In this document: positions 13,901 through 25,900 of the stretch, piece after piece
Layout: each line of letters begins with the position of its first letter
Position numbering within the stretch: position 1 is the first letter of the stretch
Source: Antedon mediterranea
Taxonomy: Eukaryota; Animalia; Echinodermata
DNA length: 64,000 nt
Reading direction: 5' to 3'
Assembly: GCF_964355755.1 (NCBI RefSeq)
Contig: NC_092670.1
Coordinates: 16,664,795-16,728,794, forward strand
Notes under the pieces: generated by a model
Databases searched by the model: none
What the model was told of the DNA's origin: nothing
What the model saw: the letters and a program-made list of their open reading frames with translations, nothing else
Translations under genes and position numbers: made by a program

Positions 13901-16900
13901 GTTTCAACAAAGTTTGTTTGTATGTCCCCATTTTGATGGTTGGTGGCAGCATTCATCATAGCTGCTGCCATAGCCGGGTTGACTGAGTATTCTCCGTTGA
14001 TTGTCGTTCTTGGCGGACTTGTGGTATCCGGTTTTATCAAACTATCCAGCCGTTCGTCCACACTTTGTGGCGATGTGTTGTATTTACGATACTTGGAGAA
14101 ATCGGTTTCTGTCCGGTTTCTTTTGTTACGCGACACAGAGTTGTTTGAGTTTGTGTTGTGGCTGCGGAATTGTTGAAAATCTCTGCTATGGTTCAGTGAA
14201 TATGACCCTTCGTTATCAGAATTTGCATCTGCAACAGTAATAAGTATTATTAATTACTCAGTCAAGTGAATATATAATTTTCTTGTCTATTTTTCTATAT
14301 TAACCTTGATATATATAACTTCTCTATATAATACTATATACACTCTCGTTTATAGGACAAATACAAACCATTAATTTACAATCTTAGAAAAAAAATTACA
14401 ATAATGAAAGTTTTATGTTAAAATGATAAAAAGCAAGCTAATGAATATTGACAAAAAAGCAAGGGGAGGGGAAAACAATAATACCACTAGTTTCTGCAAA
14501 AAAAAAGGGGTGTGCTGATAACAACTTGCATATGTGTACTTGGACATTGCACATAGGCCTATGGATGACATCATGATTCCTACCATGTTTGGAATTTGAT
14601 TGGATGATAATAAATAATAGTAATTTTTTTCAGATTCAGACATGTTTGAATATGATAAATTTTATATCAAAAATAAAATATGAAGTATGATATCTAAACA
14701 TGCACTAAAATCATGCGAATTTTGAATAGAATTAATTTAATGGAGCGCCACTCATTCCCGTTTCTTATATTAAATAAACTTCATTCATATTAAAATTATG
14801 ATGTCATTGAAATAATATGAAACCTTTTTTGTTACTGGTAACTTTTTTATTAGCTCTGAAGGCACTTCAATACCATTCACCAAATATTCATTTTTTTGCC
14901 CAACAATAAAAATTGAATGCTGTATGACACTACCTATGTCTCTCACATTTTTGTTGTATTTTTATTGTTTTCCTTAACTTAAAGTATACCCAAACCAAAA
15001 AATTATCTTCCAAGGTAACAAAAAATAGTCCCAAAGTGGTAACTAAAGCTGTGTCTGCATTGGATTAAAAACAATACTTCTCAAGCTTGTAGCCAGGATT
15101 TTTACAGGGGGTTCGTTTTTCCACAAAAGGGTAAAAAAATCATCACAAGCTGGGCTATTGTAATTGCGCTACTGGTCTCTGGTTGAAAAGGGCACTGCAG
15201 GCCATAGGGGGTTTGTTTGAACCTCACCTGGGCTTGCTTCTTGCAAGTGAAGAAACAGTACAGTCTAAAGCCAAATTTACACTAGGCGCATTTGTTCGTG
15301 CGAATCAACAGTATCACCTTATACGCATGCATAGAGAGGGATTTGTGAGATGGAAACATGAATACGCATGTGTATAAGCTCACACTTGCGATTTGCGCGA
15401 ACAAATTTGCATAGTGGAAAATTGACTTCACCATGACATTTTAGAGGAAGATACAAAAAAATTTGATTTGAAGCAGGTATGAACAAATCACTAACAAAAT
15501 AGGTTGATGGGTAAGTACGTATGTCTTCTAGAGAAAAAAACACTCTAAATGATGGGAATTGGTACATGATTGATACTGTATTTTTAACTCCAATATGTTC
15601 ACAGCTTTAGTCTTTGATTGGCCAGATGAGTAAAGACTGCTTCGTGGTCATAGTTACCTGGACGATTGACCGTGTAACTACCATGCCTCTTCTTTATACG
15701 CCTTTCGGGAGGGTACATGTCATTAATGGTAGTGTACGTAGCATGTGCTGTTTTACGAGTATACAAACGACTACTACCTCCAGAGGGCGGTGTTAAAACA
15801 GGGTCGTCATCGCCATAATCTACATGCACAAGAAGCACAGGGAATATGAAATGAAACTGGAGGTTTGATGCAAAAATAATGAGCAATCAAACCAAACGTA
15901 TGGTTTGGGATTAACAAGATATAAGCAACAAAGATGATATAAAGCTAAAGCATGGGTTTAGTTTTTGCAAAGCACCAGAAGAAGCAGAAAACAAGAAAAA
16001 TGACCAAACAAGTCAGTAAAAATGCAACCAAACTACACACTAATAACAAGTTAAATTAGGAGGAAAGTAAAGTAACCAAAATAAAATAAAGTTATCTTTA
16101 AAGAATTTTACAAACAATCATGCTGAAATAGAAATAACAAACAAACCACCATATATTTATATTTTACATAGAAGTATCCCATACTGAAAGCTTTAAAAGA
16201 TGCAATTTCCTTCCTTTTTATATAGGAACTGTAAATATCTAAAATCTAGATAATATTCAGATAACACAAGAAGTTTCTAATCAGTCTGCAGAAATATTCT
16301 TTCTAGTCTCCCCTCTGCCTCACATTCCATATGTATTGGCAACAAGCAACCTGTTTCTAACTGTGGGCACTATACAGGCATTTAATAAGCAAGTTCTAGC
16401 TTATGGAACTTGTTTTGGCTTGACCAGGACAACTTTCTTATTCAATAATTTAATTAATTAATATTTAATTTCTAATTAAATTTTAATTTTTATAATAAAA
16501 AAACACCAAACACTTTTTGGGAGAGGGTAAATAAGAGGGAAAATAAGGGGGACAAAAACCCAAAATATCATGCTTAAAACTGCTTTCTTACAATTATCTG
16601 AATATACATTTATAATGTATTATTTCCTATATAATAAACAAACTTTACCCAAAGGCTATCTGGGAGGGAAAGGTTAGTATTTTTGGTAAACAATATGTTA
16701 GTAATAGGTGCACACACAGCAAAGATTACTGTACCTCTTGCTGATGAAATCGGTGAGCTCGGTTCAGATTGAGAAAATAGTTGAGGTTCATCAATGACTA
16801 AAGAAACCAAGCAACAAGTAGAAGAAATAGCAATTAAGACAACACAAAATGAGGTACAGAATGTCGTAAGCTCTGTCTACACTATCAAACTTTATGTGAC

Positions 16901-19900
16901 AAAAAAATGTGATGTGCCCATATATAGACACGATGATGACATATCACTACCATCTTTGGGTATTTCACTACAATATTGGGGAACATCACCCTTTTTTGTC
17001 AAACTAGTTTGATAATGTAGACAGAGCTTTAAATTGATTTTATTTATTATCATATTTCTATGTGTTGTGGCCACTTTGTTTGATGAATTAGCTAGCCACA
17101 CCAAGGTGTTGGATAGGAATAGTAAATAAAATCAATTTACAGACATACCATGATATGAAAAGGTGTGAACAAGAATTAATGTCATGCAGTGAGAGAATGA
17201 AACCCAATAAAAAAGTGAATGATTGCTTCTATGTGAACCCTATCACCACAAATGGTCTAACCCATACCTTCCTGAGGGGATATTTGAGAATTTGATGTGT
17301 TTGTCGTTTCGATGGATGTGCTTTCCGGGGGCTCAAACATGTCTGAATCGAAGCTCAAAGGTGATGGACTATGAATTCCCGGGATAAACACTTCTGGTTC
17401 TGGACTCGTGAAATCGTCATCATCATCATCATTCTCGTTAACTGTATTTTGGGATATGATACGATAGTAATTGCGATGATGTATCTCCATTTTTTAAATT
17501 TAGAAAGATTTTTTAACAATTTAAAATATAATATCAATCAAAATGAAATAGGAAAGGATTAGGGATGATTTAAACTATTAATTTCTGCAATGTAATTATG
17601 TTTTTTCATTTCATTTCTACAAACTTTTCTTTTGAATTTGCTATTTATTTATACTGGGTATGTTCAGTGGTGTGATGTACTATTACACAGGGGTAACCCC
17701 TACTTGTCTTGAAAGATGGACTAGGTTCTTTAAAGTGCACATGGGCTAGATGTTTACACTGGACCTACGGTTTATAGTCTTTATCCGTGAAGACTTGTTC
17801 TACCACCAGAACCATGGAGGGAGTAAGCCTCGAACCCTTTACTTGCCGATGGCTACGTAATTACGGTTCCACTGCCACTCACTCGCTCAATGAATTCCTT
17901 CTAAGGTGCTGATTTTGTTATAATCTGTGAAAGCAGAACAATATATCCTCTCCGTCACCACTCTCCCAACACAACACTCACCTAAAGTGCCATTAGGGGA
18001 CACCGATCTTGAACTGGTGTTGGATTGTACACGTGTCTCATGCAATGGAGAGAACTGCGCTTCTGACGGAGGAATGCTCAAATCATATGATCTGTCCGTC
18101 TTCCTACTACTGAGTAACATGGCACCATCCTCAACTATAATTAAAAATTAATAAATTATAAATACAATGTACTGATTATATTATCATCTATTAATTATAT
18201 ATATGTCTGCAAAATACTATATTTTTTAATTCAAATTTGCAATACATTAAGGGTAAGCTTTCAAATATCAGTGCTTTTCATCTCTTCTACCACATCATGT
18301 AAATATGCCGACAAGTATCGTGTTCACGTGCACTGAAGTACAGGATAATCTATTTCAAGCATGTTCTTTTCATCTCAAGCTACAAAATTCTAATTTTCAT
18401 TCTTGAAAGAGCAACAAGCAAGGTATTTATTTGTCTTCATGAAAAAAATACAATCTCGGACACAGACAGTTTACAGACAAAAAGAAGTTAGTACGAAATA
18501 AAGCAAAGTGTAGATGTGCAAGTTGTGCCCTTTGAATTATTGAGCAGTGTAAACCAAACACCATACCCTATTACAACCACATATATAACAAAACTTAACC
18601 CAGTAAAATGTACAGTGAGGACCACCACTGAGCCATAGCATATGTGATTGAATTGTCAATAATGAAATGGAATGGTATGGGAAAATAACATGGTAACTAA
18701 TGTACTGTATGTTTGTTACTAATGGTAATAAAATGGTTGAATGGAAATATGTTGGCATGACAACTAACAAGAATAAGCAAATTTGTTGAAAGTATTGGCA
18801 TAGCAACAAAGAATTTCATTCCCTATAGAATAATAATTTTTACAAAAACGGTTGAAGCAAAAATTTAGAATTTGTTTATCATCTGCATTGTTTACCTTCA
18901 GATATCGTAGCATGACTGTCATTATCATCAGATTTGTCTATGATAGTTTAAATTATTAAATAAAGAAAGAAAATCATAAAATAACAAAAATGTAAAAACA
19001 GAAGAAGAGAAATATGAATACATATAGTTGATTATGTTATCATTCAGTGCAGTCATCTTTTTCAAATCAAGATTCAAGTAAACAAGGATTCGTGCTAAAC
19101 TTGATTTTTAGCCAGAATTTGTTAGACGAGATTATTATTTTTTGATTGAGATTAAAAAGATGTATTTGGATTAGTAGTTTTTGCATTAACCCCCAAAGTA
19201 ACAGCAAAAGCAGAATAAATTAATTAGCATTTTAAAGCAGTACACCATTATTTTTTTCCCCAATTTGCATTTTATAGGAGAGTGACCTAATGCATCCATT
19301 TAGAATACCTGTTAGTGCAACCCTTTGTGTACCCTATACTATACCCTTTTAGTGCATCTCTAGCATACCCTCTCAGTGCATTCATTAGTGCACCCCTTAG
19401 TGTGCCCTCTTAGTGCACCCCTTAGTGTGCTCTCTTAGTGTGCCCTCTTAGTGCACCCCTTAGTGTGCCCTCTTAGTGTACCCCTTAGTGTGCCATATTA
19501 GTGTGCCCTCTTAGTGCACCCCTTAGTGTGCTCTCTTAGTGTGCCCTATTAGTGTGCCCCTTAGTGTGCCCTCTTAGTGCACCACGTAGTGTGCTCTCTT
19601 AGTGCACCCCTTAGTGTGCCCTCTTAATGCACCCCTTAGTGTGCCCTCTTGGTGCACCCCTTAGTGTGCTCTAGTGCACCCCTTAGTGTGCCCCTTAGTG
19701 TACCCCTTAGTGTGCCCTCTTAGTGTGCCCTATTAGTGTACCCCTTAGTGTGCCCCTTAGTGTACCCCCTTAGTGTGCCCTCTTAGTGTACCCCTCTTAT
19801 TGCACCCCTTAGTGTGCCCTCTTGGTGCACCCCTTAGTGTGCCCTCTTAGTGTGCCCCTTAGTGTACCCTTAGTGTACCCAATTAGTGTGCCCTCTTAGT

Positions 19901-22900
19901 GTACCCTTAGTGTGCCCCTAACCCTTAGTGTGCCCTCTTAGTGTACCCCTCTTATTGCACTATCTATAGAGTGTTCTCTGAGCCCACCATGTGTACTACA
20001 CATTGTGAGTATATACAGTACTTACAATCTATTGATCTCCTTGATACTCTACGATCACTTTTACTGTTATTCAAAATAAATGCTGCCTGCGCAACTAAAG
20101 AAAATACATGCACAAGTCAAAAATATTATTGTCAATAAATGCATTAATATTAATTTTATCAAGTAATTAGTGGGTTAGAACAATAACATTGAATGTTCTC
20201 AAATTAAGTTATATACATGTGCAGTATTTAATATAAAAACATTTGTTATAGTTTAATACATTGCAAATAGTATGTTGTTTTAAGCACATTCAACACATGA
20301 TATGAGGTTCTCCATTTAAGTAAATAATTTAACTATTATCGTAACATCAACTTAAATATTCTTGTTGTAGACATATTCAATGTGATGTCAGACTAAAACA
20401 AGCCAATACTATAAATATATTTATTATAAAATGTTTTAATTGAGTATTTAAAAAAATATTTATCACCAAAAAAATTGGAAGGGAATCTTGGTAGAATGAA
20501 CAAACCTTGGAAGAATTCATCCTCTTCCTTCTTATGAAATATAACATCACCTTGAGAGGGCGCCACATCATATCGTGCACCACGTGAAAATGGTGATCGT
20601 GAATACTTGATCTGACTTTCATTATCATCAGGATGCGCATTTGTTAGAAACAAACGATTTGGATTGCCATATACAGCTTCTATATAATAAAACCATGCAA
20701 ACATTTCATGCAGTGAATGTTTTAGTTATAACAGCATTATATTATGCTTTACTGACAAGATAGCAAACTAACCTACAGTAGGACACTTTCTTGTGAAATG
20801 AACAAGCGGAAATATATATTTAATACTTGTCAATGACACACTATACGACCGTCATGGATGCGTCATTTACAAATAATTAGTGATGCAGAGAGATGTGTCA
20901 AAAAACCTGGATGGTATGTGACATCAATGAACAATGTGTGTCCATCAATTTATCACGCACCATATCATGAACATTGTCAAAATGCGTCAAAATGTGTGCA
21001 TTATGGTCACCTAAAGGTAAGTAACTTACAATTAGTAGGAAACGCACCACTTTATTCACAAGACCAAACAAAAATTCAATGCAAAAAAGGCAATTTGCTA
21101 GCTTGTCAGTATAAGATGATGAAGCATGATTTTTTTCTACTCTAAATATTGTGTTGATTATTAAATACATAATGTTTATGTGCCATGTTATAAATATTAA
21201 TCAAGTTACAACCTTTGCAAGTAAACATGAAAGCCAGTTTATTGAATGACATTTATACTTAGTGCTTAGGTATACAAAATGTGCATCCAGTTGAATTAAT
21301 TTTTTGGACACAAAATCTTTTTCAAATTCATCAAGAGTGATTTAATTATATACAAAATTACTGCAATGACGACTATTAAACAATGTCCACTAGAGAGTGT
21401 CTCTGTCTATTTTACCTGCAGCATGCCTGTCTATCAGATAGATGACCTTCTTCTTGCAGACTTCCTGTTGCTCATCAGGTAATATCTGTATGATGTACGG
21501 CCAGATTGTCTTCTTAGCATGAGTATCAAGAATAGGAAAGATACTCAAAATCATACCATCAAGATTTCTAAAAAAAAAGAATTAGGTAGGTAACATCAAA
21601 AACTTAAAAAGTAAAGTTGAAAGCTCTGTCTACACCATCAAACTAGTTTGACATTTTTTTGTCACATAAAGTTTGATAGTGTAGACAAGACTTAAAGCAT
21701 TCATGCTTTTTTTTGTATCTCATTTCAATTTCCTTGTTTGTTTTGTATATTCTATTATTTTCTCTTTTTGGAATGTCAATGCGATACTGAACAAATTCAA
21801 ACTGTTTATTAAACACTGCTCTCTTATAAAAGGAATTTAAATCAATGAAACCGTATAAATGTTTTGTACAAAAATTGTCTGTGTCTGTCAACAAATGTTA
21901 CCTTGATCTGTAATATTCTTGTAATGCTTTCTTTATAAGTTGTTTCTCTCTTGATGTCAAATGATGATCCATCTGAAAAAAGAAGAATCCAAGTTTAAAT
22001 TAGGTCAAGAAACACGGGGAAGCCCTAAATGTATAAACAGTAGGCCAATAGCAGAATTGATAATAAGTCAACTCTCCTAATACCGGACACTGTTGGGCTA
22101 ACAGAATAAGTCTGGTTTTCTGGAAAGTCTGGTATTTAGAATGTGTTTTTAATGGTAAAAAGGAAATTGGGACCTTTTGATCCTTAAGAAAAGTCTGGTA
22201 TTGGGAGAGTTTCTGTTTTTCATAGAGCCTCTTATTGGGAGAGTCGACTGTAGGCAACTTTATTATTTTGTTCACACTGAGGCCAGATTTCAGTTCGGTG
22301 ACCAGAAAAAAAGATTGGGGAAAATGGGTCTAGTTTTTAAGAATAGAATTTTCATTCTGGATTCTGTACAAAGCATGTGTGAACGCATCGGTCTAAAGAA
22401 ATATAACATAGCCCAGAGTGCATACACCATAAGTCAGTGTGGACGTAGCTTATATATTGTATACTTCTATCCATGTTATCATTTTTTTCAACCTACCATT
22501 TCTTTAAATGTCCTTCCGCTTGTAAAGAAGTCAGGTCTAGATATCCCACCAGCCCTAAGCTCCTCAATATCTTCAATTGTAGCTTTACTGTGAAGGCTCT
22601 CGGATAGCCATCCTGTGGCTGATGACACCTGACTGGTGACTGACATACCACTCATCATGCTCATAGTGGACGACACATATACTATGACAAGAATGAAGGA
22701 ATGAATGGATGAAACAAGAATCCAATAAAACATACAGAGGAAATAAAGGAATTAATTTGGGATAAAAAATTTACCATGAAAAAGAAATTATTTTGGTACA
22801 ATATCAACATGATTCATATAATAGTAATAAGTAATATTTAAATTTATTTAATAATTCAATAAACAGTAATTATAACATAGTTTCATAGTAATAGTAATAT

Positions 22901-25900
22901 GGTTTCATAGTAATAGTAATATGGTTTCATAGTAATAGTAATATGGTTTCATAGTAATAATAATATGGTTTCATAGTAATAGTAATATGGTTTCATAGTA
23001 ATAGTAATATGGTTTCATAGTAATAGTAATATGGTTTCATAGTAATAATAATATGGTTTCATAGTAATAGTAATATGGTTTCATAGTAATAGTAATATGG
23101 TTTGTAATATGGTTTCAGATGCTCAGCCAATTTACTGTATATTTAATTTGTGCATCTGTGTTTGTTTTGAATAAAAATAATGGTACAGTAATATCTAATG
23201 TTCTTTATAATAAGTACTTCTGACTTCTTTAAACATAAAGACCAGTTATTTTGTATACGTTACATCATACATACAGTAGTCATGTATGCAGAAAATACAT
23301 ACAAATCAACCCCAAAATATGAAACACAAATGTAACACCTAAACATATTGGCTCTTTGATCTATTAATAGTTTTATTGATTTGTTAAATGAATTGTATGC
23401 AAAGAAGTATTGGCATAAATGATGTAGTTAAATTTTGTTGAAACTTGCAGAAACTACATTGTAAAACCTGTAAATGGAATAAGGATATGTGTGGTCTCTG
23501 CACATTATGTGGAAATGGAGAAATTGAAGATACTATTTTTTATCAAATTGTAACCGTTTTGCACAATTATGATACATGGATTCTCTATACATCAGCAAAT
23601 GCTGATAATAAATTAATGTACATTTTAGGCGGAGATCCTCTTGCAATTAACAAGGAATCTCTCACCATTTGTTATTATTTTTGTAAACGTTACTTAAGAG
23701 CTGCTTGGGAGAAACGATCAGAACTAAAAAACCTTTAGTTATTTTCTCTCCTCTGTTGTTGCTTTGTAAATACGGTACCTTGTAGTTTTTTTTCTACTGC
23801 TATATACTGTACATATTTTTAATGCTTATACTGTTGATTTTATTTTGTTTCTCTCTTCTTTTACTGCACCACAAATGGTTTTTGTTTTGTGAGTGCCGCT
23901 GTTTTGAAGGTGAAGTGTTCAAATTAAATTTAAATTAAACTGAGATTTCCTTTTATGGGCATAAATGAGTTTATAAAATGTTCAGTTGCATTCTGTGACT
24001 GTGAACGAGAAAATCAAAACTTACGAGCCTCCTGGTTTTGAGAAGGAGAAGGAAGGTTGGAAGGGCTTCCAGTCTCAATCTGAAGTGTCGGGCTCATTCC
24101 ACTCCCCTTTAAAAATTGTATGAGGTGTAGATGCGTCTTTTTCCGTACGTCTAATCCATTCACTTTTATAATTTTATCACCTGGTCTAAGACCAGCTCGA
24201 TCGGCAGGACCACCTGTGAAAAAACAGACAAAATAAATTCAGATTACATTTTTTATTTTCAAATTATTATACAGTGTTAATATTTTATAGAATTGTTATT
24301 TTTACTGTATATATAGATTGTGTAGTGTCTGTACATAGATATTGCAAAGGAAAAAAAAAATTTGTTTATAATTATTATTGTTATATAATAGCACTTATTC
24401 TTAATGTTATATAAATAAAAAATCAAAATAGTGTATAGCATGGTATAAACGTGGATCTCGAGTACACCTGCAGTGAAGTCAACTGATACTATGTATCTGT
24501 CAATGACGGCCATGTGTCTTCAGAAGAACAGTAAATAGTAATATATGATACTTGTATTTTCTACTTCATTCAACAAATTCATAATAATTGTAACTATATA
24601 TTGAAAACACAAAATCAATAACATAAGAATTTGCACGATAGTAAGTTTGTCTTAAAGTTAAATATAAACATCGATGGTGTAAGATTTTCCACTGCTTTGG
24701 TCTTAGTGTATTCATATCTTTTATCTATAGATTATTATTTCATATTCTAGCGTAGTACTGTAGTAGTGATGTATTCAGCAGATATCTTTTGTTTTGGCAT
24801 TAGTTGTAATAAAATCAATATATGACAGCTTGTCAATAGGACTCATTGTAAAAGTATTTAACGTTTTACCACTTGTAACCTGGCTCTGCTAGCTCTGACA
24901 ATATGCTAGCAGTATTATGTAAAGAGATTTTGTTTGCATAGTTGGTTCAGGGAAAGTAGGGACAACTTATGGAACAAGCCATCTTGTTACAAACAGTGTT
25001 GTTGTTTTACACATGAGAATTAGTTGGCCATGCAATTCAACTTACCTGGGTCTATAGATTCAATCATGACAGGGCTGTGACCAACCAACATAAAACCAAA
25101 AGAACCACCAGTCCGATCAATTGAAACGGTTTTACTGTACAAAAAAAAGGTCATAGGTTAAATACAAGCTTACAATTTATATAAAAGAAGAAAAAAAAAG
25201 AATAATGAAATAATCTATTTACATCATTTGCATAGATAAATAATGTGAAATTGGAAATATACACATGAAATTAGAAATGTTTTCACCTTCTACCAACATA
25301 CTGGGCTTCTTTACTAAAAAACAAATCAAATCTATCTCTCTGAGCTGGTGGCACAAATACCCTGTCAAAAAAAGGATATTAAAAATAATAATGCTACTGT
25401 GAAAATCTAATATAACAGTCCTAGAAAATCCATTCATTACAGGACGAAAAAACTAACCATTTAAAAACATGTCTTATTAACTTTTTAGCCTGAACCAAGA
25501 ATCATTACAAGTTTATGATGTGAAAATTAAAGAAAACAAAGATTTTATTAACCTGACATCGTCCAAAATTTGTTTCTGATTACTTGAGTCTAACAGCGCC
25601 GCCAACGCTCGACCAAAGTTGTCTACTTTTTTATCTCGAGCATATTGTTTAAGTAAGGCAATCAAAGCCTCTTTCTTTGATGGTTCATCTATAAAAACTG
25701 CATCCATCTACGAAAAAAAAACCACAATTAGTTTAATATACAGTTTAGTTACTTTGTATAAATAATAATTTAGGCATGCTTATAGCTCATTAGGCTAAAT
25801 ACCCCATAATAACAATAAGATACTACAAAATTGACAAAAAGATATGTTAAAAAAGGTCAGGTTTTATAGCTGCCCAAAAGGCAAACATAATTTGCTTGTC

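Noticed and set aside
13670-13986. Gly-rich and Trp-rich plus-strand ORFs
   Set aside because: They are antisense shadows of the poly-Pro FH1 exon.
15603-15657. Longer version of delphilin exon 15
   Set aside because: The downstream GTGAAC donor gives phase 2, which is incompatible with the next exon.
22000-22275. 91-aa ORF
   Set aside because: It overlaps a small inverted-repeat element (agtcaactctcc/ggagagtcgact) in an intron and shows no protein features.
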